From Candidatus Nomurabacteria bacterium (GTDB lineage: Bacteria; Patescibacteriota; Minisyncoccia; Phycocordibacterales; UBA918): DNA of 64,000 nt. The notes beneath the pieces are model-generated. The model saw only the letters and a list, made by a program, of their open reading frames with translations. It made no database searches and was not told the DNA's origin. Every line of letters starts with the position of its first letter. Within the stretch, counting starts at the first letter, position 1. Of this stretch, positions 9,071-24,000 are shown one piece after another. The position numbers were made by a program, and so were the translations under genes. The stretch spans positions 918,587 through 982,586 of the forward strand of contig CP060229.1 in assembly GCA_023898585.1 (NCBI GenBank). The letters are read 5' to 3'.

Positions 9071-12000
9071 TTAATCAGCTATTGCAGTGAACGTATTGAC
9101 TCCGCTGTGTGGATGACTGGCGGTACCAAACGGTACTTCAACCCCCCAATAAATATTATCGGCAACCGGAGGGTTATCTACCAGAGGTTTGGAGAGGTCT
9201 ACCTCGACATCTGCACCCGTTACAGACAACGAATTACAAGACGCACAGGCTGAATAATCAAAGGTCGAGGTTGCGAACACTTGTTTGGCTGCCGGAATAA
9301 TAGAAGCTATGCCATCGGTCATGTCGGTTCCGGAAATTTGAACATCAATTGCCTCGTTACCAAAGTTAAGTAACGAAGTCAACGGATTAAAGGTGCCGGT
9401 ATTCTGATTAATATCGAGCGTACCGTAACCAATAGCATTCTGCACATCTAGTGCTCGGAGAGTAAGCAACTCCACTCCAGGTGATGTTCCGAAGTCATTT
9501 GCCCCACCAGTGTCAGAAACTTCCATGAAGGCAAACCATTCTTCACCTCCATCCGCGTCAGTTGCGTCGGCGTGGAACTGAAAATCAGCTGAGCATGTGA
9601 GTGTGCACGAAGAACCAGCACAAGCACTGAAGACACAATCAGTACTTGAAGCTATATAACAATTGTTGTTGTCCGGAGTACAAGAGGCCCCAACCGTCGT
9701 TCGATAGAAAGTGGTGGTTGCACTCTGTAGGTCTGTGTAGCCGTTGTAGTCAGTAACCGTGGTTGTTGCTACGACCGTAGTGGTAGCTCCAGGAGTAAGT
9801 GCTATATCGAAACCTCCGTTTAGCACGATCGGGTCAAGTACAGGATCAAATTCTAGTGATAATTCCGGCAGTAACGCGTAAGAATCGAGGATATTGCCAC
9901 CATCTGTGACACGGAAACAGTAGGAATCATTTGTAGCGTTGGTTGTTAGTTTAATGGCGTACTCCAACTCTGTGTATTTATTTTGATCCACATCAATATT
10001 CGAAGTCTGGTTGCTTGTGTCAGAAACTATTTCTCCAGCAACGAACGGTCCAGCATCAGTCACCAGATGATCTGTTGTTGGGTCTCCATTCGTGGTACTG
10101 GCAGAAGTGGTCATACAGATGGCCGATGAACCGCAACTCGACAACACCGGAACCTGAACAAAAGACCCTCCAGAAACAGCCTGACAACTCGGTGCGGAGA
10201 GCTTTGGAGCAAATTCAAGCCTGAAGTTTTGGTTGACAATCGGCAACCCAGTATTCTCGATTCCGATTCTTAGTCTAGCAGTTTCGTCGTAGACAAATCC
10301 GCTTCCGAGCGTATTTTGTGGCGAAGCCCAACTAGCCCCACCAGCTTGTTGTTCGGCACCGAAGTGAACAGTTGGTTTTTTGTCGGTACGTGGCCATGCT
10401 ACATAACTGTCCCAACCGCCGTTCTGGAACCAGAACGTAAAGCCAATTCCTCCACTAGTGTAGGTACTGTCTGTGGCTGAAGTGGTTGCTACCAATGTAC
10501 CGGCGGAAGTATACACCTCAACATCAATATTGTTGTTAGTTTGCCAATCAATTTCCACTTCGTACCAACCGGTACTGAAGCTGATCGTAGACGAAGCTAA
10601 TACCGTTCCGGTTGAATCGGTATTGTGAACATTCTTCACCAACGAAACCCTGTCTGTTCCAAACTGTTCAAGACAAACAGCGTAATTTTGGTGAGCGGTG
10701 ACGGGTGACTGTACACCGAACATTGTACAAACTTCGTCTCCACTACCAGCAGTGGTGTCGATATATTGCATGTAGCGAATTATGTCACCTTGAGCAACTG
10801 TCATATCAAACCGCGCTATACCATTGTTTGTTTTGTCATTGGGGTTAGGTGAAGCGTCAAGCCCGAAACCACCGCCGTAAGCAAATGTTCCGGCTGTTGC
10901 TAGTTTTGTTGTGTCTCCAGAATATTCAGTGATATTGTTATCGTCAAAGTTGTCATAGGCTGTGAATACATTACTTATGTCTGAAGTTGTGTTAGCGCTT
11001 ACGTTTCCATAGTACATGTAGATTTCTGTCACACTGCTCGTTGCCATGGTTGGAATACGTACCCACACGTCAGCTTCATCTCCTGTGGTATACCGCTCCT
11101 TCCAGTAACCTATTTCCGTGACACCGGTAGCATCGGTAAACCTCAAGTCATCAAAGTCAGTTTGCATATCTGAGTCATAGGCTATATCCAATTTCACCGC
11201 GACATCCGTATAAGCTGAGGCTTCAGTATTAATGACCCGCACTCGCTGGCGAGAGCTCCAGTTTGAGTCAAACCATGTTCCCGACGGCGCTCCTTCTCCC
11301 CCATCATCATTTCTCCAGCGATAGGTCGTTTGTTCAGTTAGGAGACACTGACTATCATCCCATCGTACAGAGCTACAATCATCAGTGCCGTCGATATCAA
11401 ACGCTTCACCCCACAGATCTCCAATAGCACCCGTGAATGACCAACTATTAGTGGTTGTTGCATCAAGCGAAACGTTAGTGCCGGGCGTAAATCCACCATC
11501 AGCAAAACGAGTATTATTTATTATTAGTGAAGCATTTGCATTAAGAGTTGATGATGATAATGAGATAAGAACTGAGCTATTCAATCCCTGCTCAAAATCA
11601 CCGTAACTGATGGAAGTAATGTGCGCGTTATTTGTAAACTGTAGACCGGATGTGCCAAGATTACGGAATGAGTAGTAGTTGGCGTTGAAGGTACCGCTTT
11701 TAACAACGAAGTTATAGGTACCAGCTCCTTGGTTCGTGATAGTTGATGTTCCGTTAGCAATACCGATAATGTTAAGGGTTCCCCCGTCAAGCGTGATAGT
11801 GGAACTGCTGGCAACAGTAACACTAACATTTCGTGGTGAACCCCCGAGAGCGACTCCGTCAAAGTCGGTGGCTCGACTCCAGTACTCAGTGGTAACAGGA
11901 ATATGATAATCACCGTAAATATTTAATTTTCCGTTACTACCACCATGATCTTGTGAATACCAAGAGCCAGATAACGAAACAGTCGAGCTGGTCGCTGAAG

Positions 12001-15000
12001 CATTCCAACTGCTTACATCAGTGTTGTTTCCAATTACAATTTTGTTGTAACGTTCGGTCGGAGTAGTTTTCACATTTGTTTCGTATTCGGTGCCACTGTC
12101 AAGGACTAAGGTTGATCCTATCCATTCGGTTGCAGTTCCTCCCACATTGTTGGTGAAAACTCCACCGACGTATAGTCTCGTGCCGGTGCTTTGGGTAAAC
12201 GAGTTACCAAGACTTAAAGTAAAGTTGTTGGTGGTCGTAGCATTATCGACGACAGTCCATCCGCCCCCGGCGCCAGCTATTACAACGTTGTACAAATCGT
12301 TTGCGCCCGGATCTATTGTTTCTCCAGTATCACTTGAGTTGAATAAGAGTGTTCCGTTACTATGGGTAAACGTTCCGCCGGTAGCATCAAAAGAACCGCC
12401 AACGGATACTGTTCCGGCTCCAACAGTAAAGCCTCCGCTTTGTACTAACAAATCGCCAAGGAAGGCGGCGGAAGTATCTGTCAGCGTGTAATCACCGGCA
12501 CCAGCTTCTACAATCAGACTTGAAAGATCATTTCCACTAAGAGTGACGAGATTAGCCCCTCCCGCACCTGTAACATTAACTGTTCCTCCGTTGTGTGTGA
12601 CTGCGTCGTCAACAATAAAGTCATCACCAACTACCAATATTCCCGATGGTAGAGTAACGGTACCGGTGGCTACCCTAAAGGAATCAGTGGCGGTAGCATT
12701 CACATCTAACATGGTCCACGATCCTGAAGCGCCACCACTGAAGAGGACTGTCGTCGCGTCAGAACCACCGAATCTTACTTTATTTCCGGCATCACTAGCT
12801 GTAAATTTGAGCAAACCACCGTTAGAATCAAAAGTACCACCGGTGTTTGATAACGATCCAGCTATGGTTGTGGTAGCGGGAGGCAAAGTGACAGCACCAT
12901 TGGCAATAGTCAAATCTCCTCCCACCAACAATTCGGTATCACTAACTGTCCAACTGCCGACACCGGTAAACGAGAGACTGTAAAAACCTCCACCGTTTGT
13001 GTCAACCGTCCTTCCTGCCCCTGATGTTGTAAAGGTGGTGGTTGATTGTCCAGGATCAAAGACCGCGCTGGCTCCTGAAATGAGACTTCCGCCAATGGTG
13101 TATATCTCGTTAGAACCGCCGTTAAATGTTGCTCCGGGACGAAGTTCAAATGTTCCATCGTAAGCCGAACCGGAACCGCCACCCGGAATTGTGACGTGAC
13201 CATCTGGAGTAAATTTCTTATTATCCCAGACGATAAGTTTTGTATCGGGAGGAAGAACAAGGGTGTCGGTCGCCCCTATTTCAGCATCAAACAGTACATC
13301 AGGATCATCATCGCTGTCCCATGTCTCCATATCGGCAATTTTCATAGCGACCGCACCTTCGTGTTTAATAATTACTCTGTTCTCATACAGGTCAAAGTTA
13401 GAAATAGAAGAAACCGGATCTTGAGTTACTGTTACGGCTTTTTCGGGTTCATTATCAATATAAACGGTCAATGTGTTACCTAATCCGTAATTTATACCAG
13501 TAAAGCTATACGCTCCGGTTCCACCACCGGCGCCGTCTCCGTTACAAGTGGTAGTAGCGTAAGTTGAACCGTTTATACTGAGATAGATATTTGGTGTCGT
13601 ACTATCACAAGCGTGTGATACCGAGACCCCTTCGTCGCTATAAACATTACCTGAAATGTTTATGATTGCCGCCGAGTCTTGCCAGGTTATGTATCCTGGG
13701 TCTCCGCCCGGATCAACATCCTTAGCTTCACCACCGAGATTACCGTACACATTAACGAATCGCCACGCACTGTTGCTGGTGCCGGTAGCTGTTACGTTGT
13801 AGGCATTAATAGGCGTGGTGGTAGCCATTTTAATATAGTTGAATTCCATAGCTGGGTTCGCAGAAATAACCGTACCACCAACGGTCATAGTTGAGCCGTC
13901 AGCGATCGCAACTTCGAAATCACCATTGGAAAGATCAATCACATTAGGAGCACCGGTAAATGTCAAACCATCGATGGTCGTATCTCTGAATGTGTAATAA
14001 CTCATTTCAGTCTCAGTATCTCCGCCCACGGTAAACTGATATGTTCCTGGTGTCTGTGTGTAAATAGTAGTCGAAGCGGTTGAAGAGCCGATGATGTAAA
14101 GAGAACCACTTGGATAAAGCACCGAACCACCAGCTTCAATTCGCACATTTGCTTTACGTTTAATAGCTAGGGCAGATCCATCAAAATCTTCTCCGTAGCT
14201 CCAGTAATCATTAAATCCGTCGTTAACATAATCACCGAATATGTACAAATCTCCCTTTACTCCTTTATGATTCATCGAGTAAAGAGAACTAACTCCATTG
14301 GTTACGATAGCAGACGTAGTTGAATTCCACAGTCGTGGATGAGTTCCGTTTCCGGTAATAATCGTATTGTAAGTATCACCGGTTGACTTGGTGTTTATTG
14401 GAAAAGCCGTGCCACTGTATAAACTGAGAGTTGACCCGGTCCAGGTCGTATTAACGTCGGCCATAGAGTTTGTAAAGGTTCCGCCAACAGCCAGTGTCAA
14501 TCCTGGGTTCAAAGTGAACGAAGTGGTGTTAATAGTCAAAGGACCGGTTGTAGTCGCGCTTTCGTCAAACGTGTAGTTGGCAGACCCCGCTACATTAAGA
14601 GTAGCAAATGGCGAGACGCCGGCGGAAATGGTACTTGCTCCGGCGGTATTAGATAGAGTCACAACACCACCATTGGCATTAAACACCCCATCATTATTCC
14701 AGTTACCGTTTACGGTCATGGTTTTTGAATTACTTGCCTCTATCAAACCTAGTGTTCCAATTCGTAGATTCTCTCCAACAGCCAGAACCGGATCATTAGT
14801 ATTGGCGTTGAGAGTTGAAGTACCAAGTATACCAACAGTTAAGTTATTCAATATTTGCAATCCGGTAACCGGTGCGGTTGCCACAACACTACCGCCTCGG
14901 TCTGTGTCCACGGTTAAATTATAGTATGGGGTTTGTTTTATATTTGGCGTAGCACCACTGTACCGAATGGTACTTGTTCCCTCTATAAAGGTGCCGTTCT

Positions 15001-18000
15001 CTACAAACACGTTACCATTACCCTGTAAATCCCAGACTGACCCGTAAGGACTGAAGAAATGGGCTGAAGAAACGGTAAGAACTCCTCTGACAGATGTTGT
15101 AGCAAGGCTAGCTGGTGTAGTTACTCCGGCTACTCCCGCGCTACCTAGAGTTAGATTATTAAATGTCCAACCTTGAGTTCCGCCTAATTTGTTGGTTTTT
15201 TTAACCTGTGTAGTTCCGCCTGACATATTAACTAAGCCATCCCCGCTGAAAGAACCGTTGTTTACCGTAACGTTAGCTACTCCGGACACTGTACCGGTCG
15301 AAACTGTAATCTTGGTTTGAGAAACAAGTGGAGTTTGTATCGCCCAACCACCGCCGATACCACCAAAAGCTATATCATAGAGAGTGACTGTGGAACTAGC
15401 TTGCGAACCGATAGACTGACCTGGATTAGTGGCAGTAAAACTCACCGTGCTTGAAGCGCCGGAAAAACTCGCTCCGGATTCCAAATATAACGAACCGCCG
15501 ATTGTGATGTCGTTGCTACCAGAGGCTAGTAAAGATCCCGATGACTTGATAAGTAAAGATCCGTCAGCCAAGGTTGAGCCGGAACCTGTCAAATCAATTT
15601 CACCGCCACTGTCGAACGTTCGATTATTCCAGACCACCAATCCAGTACCAGAATTGACGGTGAGCAAATCCGAGGAACCGATACTGGCAGTAAACGGCAG
15701 ATCACTTTCGTCGTCGTTATCAAATATAGACATGTCTGCAATAGATAAGGGGGTTATGTCTTCGTGTCTTACAATTACCCGGTCTTTATACAAATTCATA
15801 TCAGAAATGTTGCTTGCAACAGAAATAGGAGCAGGACGAAGCGCAAATTGACCGACGTTTACATCATCAACACTACCCCCCGTGAGAGTAGCAGCACCGG
15901 TCGCTCCCGCCGACGGCATTGATCGGCCAGCAACAGCCAATAGCCGGTTCGCTTGGACCAAGTCTTGAGCGTGCGTGGTCCAAGGAGAGCCGGGCATATC
16001 CATAGCAGAGTCGTCAATTACGTACCAGGCAGACAATACATAAGCGCCGTTGTGAGCAGTTGTTAAGCTCGGTGCACTCGGAGATGATGTGTTTTGCAAA
16101 TTACTCCAAGCCGGTGCAACATCAAACACGCCAGTAACATCTACACCACTAAATGAGCCGATCCAGTAAGAATATTCTTCAACCGTTGTATCGTTATTAA
16201 CAAAACTATAATTTACTGGTTCTCCTCCAGCATTGGTGATAACCTTGTACCAAATTGCCGTATACATTTGGTTACCGATTGATTCCAGTCTGTCAGCCCC
16301 CAATACCCATCCAGCCGATGGTGTCACTGAAAAATCATCTTCTTTACCAAGTATTACGACCAGAACATCTCCATTCTCGACAACCGGACGGTCGATAGTT
16401 ATGTTCGCTCCCGCATTTACCGTACCAAAACCGGTGGTTTGATCCCGCAATTCGACAGTTTCGTACGGTGATCCAGTATTACCAATCGGTGTTTTGGTGA
16501 CTGCTACTGCAGTTATTGAACCGGTGGCTGTTGGGCTAGAAGCGGGACGGAAAGCAAATTGTCCGGTTTGAGATTCACGAGTGGCAAAAACACCGTCCAG
16601 CTTAGCATCACCGGTTGCTCCCGCTGTGATCATTGAACGTGAAGAAACAGTAAGATTGTTAATAGCAGAATCAAGGATATTAGACGCTCTGGTATCCCAG
16701 TTATACACCGGCGGGATGACTTCGTTATCAATGTAAGCATACCAGGCAGACAAAACCAGTGCGCCATTAGTGACCGTTGTGACTTCGAGAGCGTCAGGAT
16801 TGGTAACGTCTTGGTACTTAGTCCAGGCACTTGCAACATCGACAGGGGTACCAGTATCAACATTGAGGAGCGAGCCCATCCAATAACTGAAACCCTCGCC
16901 GTTGTCGACAATTGGAAAATCATACGTGGCCGGCTCTGAGCTGGCGTCTGCCACAACCCGATACCAGATACCGGTCGCAATATCATCGCCAGTTGTATTA
17001 CCGAGAATATCGACGGCTGTCCATCCGGCTGGAGTGCCGAAGTTAATGTCGTCATCTTTACCGGCTATTAGCACCAATACAGCACCGTCAACTGTTGATG
17101 GTCTGCTGACGGTCATTATATTTCCGGCTGTTACACCATTGCCGGTTACTTCATCATAAATGGAAACATTAGTTTGCGATTCGGTTGCCTCGGAGTTTAG
17201 GTAAGTTGTAATCTGCGGTTCACCAACATAGGAAATTCCCGTTACTTCGAACGAACCGTCAATTGGATCGCAGGGTGCAGTGTAAGTAGTTACACCATCA
17301 AGCACGACTGTCACCACTTCCGTGGAAGCGTTGCAAACCGGATAGGTTTCTGGCATTACTCCATCGTCACTGTAAACAATACCGGAAATTGTTACCGCAA
17401 AATTACTATCATCCCACTGGATGGAGCCTGGATCACCGTCATCATTATCAAACGCTTCACCATAAATACTTCCACTACCACCAGAGAACAACCAGAAAGT
17501 CGAGGGGACACCTTCAGCCGTAACGTTGTAGGTGACGGTTTGGGCGGTGCTAGTTGAGTAAAACGCTTGCGGGTTAGTAAAGTTTAAGTATTCAGTGTTT
17601 ATCCAATTTGTTGAAGGTGTTGATGTGGCAAATCGTAATTCGTCTATGTTTATATCGAGGTACGTCGTTGTTTGGTAAGCACCGACACGTAATCCGGTGT
17701 TAGAGGGGTTGGCAGATGAGGTGATTTGGGTGACAGTATCACGCAAAACATTATCTTCATAAAATTCATTAGTTGCCCCATCAGCCGCTCTACCGATAGT
17801 GGTGAAGTGGTGCCATATGCCATTGTCACGGGCAAAATCATAGTCTCCCCCCGTAGTAATGCCGAAATAATGATAACCACGAGTCGCGGTGTTGTACCAC
17901 GGGAGAAAAGTCAAGTATGTTCCGTTGTTAGTTCCGTTACCGACTCCAAATTGCCACAGCGCTCCAGTATCGTTTCCTGTCATAAAGTACAGTCCGGATG

Positions 18001-21000
18001 AAATCAAATCTTCGCCTGAAGTCCATGTCCAACTTGGATTTTCCAATCTGGTATTACCACCAGTTGTATCAAGAGCAGTTCCGAGGAGACCTGAAGTAGT
18101 GGACATTGATCCTATGGTTGGCACAAGACTCCTGCCGTTTCCGGTCATATCGGTAATGCTGACGGTTGGATCTTCGTTGAAGTGATACACCGCTTCGTAA
18201 TTTATCCATACTTGATTTGCTCCAAACTCATCGCTATTGGAATACTTAGTGGCCGAAGGGTTGTTAAAGTGAATATAAAATACTTTATCGGTATTAGCTA
18301 GGATTTTGGGAGCTAAGAAATAAAGTTCCCCTGTTTTTGCGCTGGTGTTTATTTCAACTAAGTCAATCGGTAATTCGCTACCGTTGTCTGTTGTAACACG
18401 AATATCCCCTCCGTCGGCTTTAACATTGCTCCAGAACACATCGCCAAGCAAGGACAAATCTACATAAACCGGATATTCAATATGATCTTCATTTATAATA
18501 CCTGACTGAATCGTCAGCACCACTTGATCCGACCATTCCGGTTCGTAAATACCATTCGAAGTTGACGTTCCGAAAGTCATGCCAGTAAATTCTGATGATG
18601 GCTGAGCATTCATCGTCGCAACATCGACCGTCATTCCGCTTCGCCCACCTGACACTGCGAAGTCAACTGAAGTAAGACTGGTGACTGTCGTTCCGTTTGT
18701 TAAGTAAAGGCCCTTAGGTCCAACATTTTGGAATGACGCGTATTCAGCGTCTAGAGTGCCAGCGTTTACATTAAGTGAATAGATACCGGTTACTGCACTG
18801 ACGGTGGTGGTTGACCCAGGAACTCCTTTTGCTTCCAAAGTGGTACTTGTTCCCAAGTAGATACTTGCACCACGACCTACTTCCACTTGAGCTACACGTT
18901 CACCACCGCCGGTTAGATCGGTGCCGTCAAAATCAGTATCATAACTCCAGTACTCCGTACCGCTGGTGCGCTCATAAGAACCATAAATTCTCAATATGCC
19001 CGGCGTACCTGAGAAATCGGGCATGTAGAGCGATGAGGTATCTTTGATACTCGAAGTGCTGATACTAGAGTTCCATATGATCAAGTCAGAGTCACCGGAA
19101 ACCACCAAGGTGGCATAATCATCACCAGAATCAAGCCTACCAGTAACAGTATAATCTCCACCGGTTAAAACCAAAGTACTGCCAGACCAAGTTGTAGCAA
19201 CGGAGTTAAACTGGTTTTTAAATCTGCCGGACACAGTCATGGTCGTATTGGTGGCAAGAGTAAAGCTGGCACCTGTAACCAATGAAGCGTTGTTGTTTAC
19301 CGTGGTTGTGGCGATGGTCCAACCTCCACCTACTCCGTTAAAACTTAAATTATGAAATGCTTGCTCGCCGAACTCGACTGTCTCACCGGTGTCGTTGCTG
19401 TCGAAGGTAGTGGTTGCGTTGTTGGCGTTAAATGAACCTTCGACATTAAGTGCTGATCCACCAATTGTGAAATTATTGGTTGGGGCAACCAAGTTGCTGT
19501 AGTAAATACTTACATCGCCATCTGCATCTGAGGTGGCTTCATTAAGGGTAAAGGACGGCACAACATCTAAGTATGATTGTGTTGAAGTACTGTAGAAATT
19601 ATTAACATCCGTTAGGTTTTTGTACTCAGTAGTAACCCAACCGGTACTTGGCGTGGTGGTGGAAAACCTAAGCTCATCAATATCAATGTCCATATAAGTA
19701 CCGCCCGTGTAACGTCCGATTTGCAACCCGGTAAGACCGGGATTTTGTCCCGTGGCTGTCTGAGTGTATGTGTCGCGCAATATGTTGTCTTCATAAATCT
19801 CAACCGGTTCACCATTGGCTGCGCGACCGATAGTTGTGAAATGGTGCCATATAGTGTTATTCCTTGTGAATGTATAGTCATTTCCGGTTGTTTCTCCGAA
19901 TCTATGGTACCCAATATCTCCTGAGTACCAAGGCATGAACGCCATACAATTATCATTATTACAAGCGTTGCTCCACTCCCAGAGAGCACCGGTATCAACT
20001 GCTGTCATGAAGTACAGACCGGAAGAAATAAGGTCCTCACCGGCTGTCCAAGTCCAATCCGAGTCACCCATCATGACGTTACTGGTCGTTAAGTCGATAG
20101 CGGTTCCCAACAGCCCCGGTGTGGTGGAAGGAGTACCAACAAGTGGTAACAGGTCTTTGTCGTGTCCGGAGACATCCGATACACCAAGTGTCGGATCTTC
20201 GTTAAAGTGATAAACCGCCTCATAGTTAACCCAGACAGCTTCAGCACCATAGGTGCTGTCGACAGCCGGAGCAACCGCATCGACGTTGTCGAAGTAAAGG
20301 TAGAATGTGGTATCAACTTCTGAAGATAAAGAAGGAGCAAGGAAATGAAGTTCACCGGTTTTTGTAATATAATCAAACTCAACAATTTCAACCGGTATCT
20401 CAGTCTTACCACCACTAGTTGTCATGCGTATGTCACGACCATCAGTAGCAACGCCAGACCAGAATTCAGTACCGAGATTACTAAGATTGACATACACCGG
20501 AAAATCTACCAGATCAGAAGATACTGCCGTGGAAGCAACATTTATAGCAATTCGTTCTCCCCAATCAACCCCGTACCAACCCGCAGAGCTGTTTTCTAAC
20601 CCGAAGATAACATTGTTAAATGACGAACCTTTCGTTGTAACGTTTTCATTAGCCTGAGAAGAAAAGACGACAGTCCCTCCATTAGCGTTGAAACCTCCAC
20701 CGGTCGTGGTTAGAGTACCTCCGATTGTCAAAATTCCTCCGGGCAAGGTCACATTTCCGTTGTTGATTACAAAATCATTGGACGAAGTGGCGTTAATGTC
20801 CGTGAAGGTGAAATTACCGGCTCCGGCAAAGGTGACGTTGTACAAAGTGTTGAAGAACTCAGTACCATTCAAGGTTACTGAGGCATTTGAGCCGGCAGTA
20901 AATTTAACTTGCGCGTTATTGTGCATGAAATAACCACTGTTTAGGAAAGAACCACCGACAGTTAGTATTCCGGTTGGTAATGAAACAGTTCCGGTCGCAA

Positions 21001-24000
21001 TAGTGAAGTTGTTATTGACGACCACTGAAGGTTCGGTGAAGGCAGGCGAGGTGGTGGCGTCATTGAAAGTAAGTTTGTAGAAAGAAGAACCACCCGAATC
21101 AATGTTATGGGTCGCTTCATCTATAATTTGATCAGGTTGATACGTTTGGACTGAACTGGTAGCAAAAAAGATTTCCGGTGAATTTTGGTTGTTATATTCA
21201 GTCTCGATCCAGTCAGTCGAACGTTTAGTGGTAGCAAATCTTAACTCATCAACTAAGGCAGTGATTGATCCGGCTGTAGTGTAACGACCAATCTGAAGTC
21301 CGGAGTCGGTTGGATTGGCCGTAAGTTGGGTAGGCGAGTCACGTAAGATAGTGTTTACATAAGTGTAGACCTGCTCACTGGTACTGGTTGCACCGAGAGT
21401 GGTGAAGTGTTGCCAATTGACGGTATCACGTGGACCAAAGTCGAAGGTAAAGGCACCGTTTGCAGAACCAAAGCGATGATAACCGGTAGTAGCGCCACTG
21501 TACCACGGCATGAAGTTAAAGGCAGTACCTGTTCCCCACGACCACAGTGCTTCAGAACTAGCCGCGCTCATTTGGTACCAACCGGATGACTCTAGCCTGT
21601 CCCCGGCTGTCCATGTCCAGTCCGAATCGAGCAAATAACCATTGGCTGTACCGGTAAAGTCGATAGCAGTTCCGAGCTTACCGGTGGTTGTAGCCAAAGC
21701 CTCTGTCTGAACCTGAAGATCTTTACCGTTTCCGGTGGCATCGGTTATATTAAAGCCCACGACAGTCGGATCGTCCTTGAAGTGGTAGACAGCCTCGTAT
21801 CCTGTCCATACAGCATTTCTTCCGTACGTGTCTCCAATCCCATAAGCTGATGCAGAGGTGTTGTTGTGGTAAATAAAGAATGTGGTTGTAGCTGAGCTAC
21901 TAATCGAACCGGCAAGGAAATGAAGCTCTCCAGTCTTTGACACAGAATCAAATTCCACCAAGTCATAAGGCAATTCAGTCTGTCCGTTTCCTGACGTAAC
22001 ACGTATATCACGACCGTTACTGGTGACACTATTCCAGAAGTCCTCACCAAGTAGCGACAAATCTATATAGACTGGAAAATTGGTGAGATCACCCGGTACT
22101 TCATTATTGTCTATGATGACCGGTATACGATCAAGGAAGTTTGTATCAGCGTACCAATCGGCAGAACCGGGTATTACGGGAGGATATGTTCGGTCATCGT
22201 TGACAATTTCAACATTACTGGTGCCGGCATTGAATGTACCGTTGTTGGTCCAGTCGCCACCGACATATATCGTATTACCTGTACCACCAGCTAAGGTGTC
22301 ATTACCGCCAATGGTAATATCGTAAGCCGACACATCAGTTGTTATCGAGACAAAAGCACTCGCTCCATCAATGACCACGTCACCCACATTCTGCGGAACA
22401 GGGTTGTTGTCAGTCCAGGTGAGGCCAACAGCGCCGTCAAAAGTCGTGGTAGCGGTACCGAGCCAATAACCACCGGCGCCGTTGGTTAAACTTCCGGCTA
22501 AATTGATTTTGTGAGAGGCTCTGTTGAATGTACCACTAGCTACCGTTAAGTTGCCCGACAGGTCTAAAGCATTAGGGATTGTAAAAGTAGCATCGCCAGC
22601 TCCACTACCGAAACTTAAGTTATGAAATTTCAAAGGAGTTTCAGTGCTACTGATAGATTCGGTGCCGGTCGCGGCTGTAAGGTTGATGGTCGATATATCG
22701 GTCGATGATGTAGCGTTATTGTCCCATGAGCCGGAAATATTTATAGTGTTGCTGTCGAGTTCTATCGTTCCGTCATTGACAAAGTCATGAGCATTAATGC
22801 TTACAGCAGGTGCGACTGAAGGTACGTATTTGTTCCCCGGCCCTATGTAAATATTAGCTTCAGAACAAGAACCGACGCTACAAACCCTCAAATTTCCAAA
22901 CGCGTCTACATCAATGAAGATGTCTTCATCGGCAGATACTGTGTTGTCATATGAAGCAAGAGAGGTGTTGGTTACCGTACTTTCCTCATCTGCGGAAATA
23001 GACAGGTGCTGTTCAAACAGTTCGACCCCGGTAATATCTCCCAAACCGTCATAGACAAAAACAGACACCGCTTCTTCTGATTCCGAAGTTCCTCCATCGA
23101 CCCAAACAGTTATAACGTCGCCGTTAAAAGCAGTAACGTTCGGTAGTGTCCACAAGCCTGAAGCCACCGTCGCTGAGCCGGCAACCGGCGCACCGTTAAC
23201 TGCTGCCCTTATGGTACCGGTTGCTACATTTGTCAGACGATCATATTCTTTGAGCGTTCCGGACATATTAACACCTTCGCTCCACTCCAGTTTCCAATCA
23301 TCCAATGTCGGACAATTACCACTTGCGCAAGAAAGCGTGGCGTAAGCTCTGATGACAGGATAAAGATTGATATCAACGCCGGTTAAATCAATCGGGGTCG
23401 TTGTGGTACCGGCACTGTTGCCCGGTATTTGTGAATTAGGGATGAGAGCATAAACACCTTCACTTACCTGATACTGCATTTTGATATTGACAGTACTTGC
23501 TCCAGGCGTTGTCGCATTCCACGAAAAGTTATCAAACTTCGGACCGGCGCCGTCACTAAAAATAATATCTTCACCTATGAATGTACCGGTCAGATTACCA
23601 CCGTTCAATCGAGTAATTACTCCCGATGATGATTCTAGGGCGAATACGCTAGCCACTTCCTGACCACCGTGCGCATTCGCACCTGCTCCTATTTCTATCG
23701 CACTAAGGAAAAGGTTCGCTGAGGTTTGACTACCGGAAAGATCTTTGAAGACAAACGCTCCGTTTCCACCATTTTCTGCGTTATTTTGTACGATGGTCGT
23801 TTGCGGTGCGACTGAGAAGCCAGAAATTGATTGGTTGTAACCTCCATTTGACTGGGTATCGTCAACCAAAGCACCGGTGTTTAGAATCTGCATTGCAGTA
23901 CCATTATTAGAACCTGAACCGGTGCTAATCAATAAATAGTCAATGTCTTCCCCACCACTATGAGACAAACCAGACATACTTTTGGCAAGCGCAACACGTA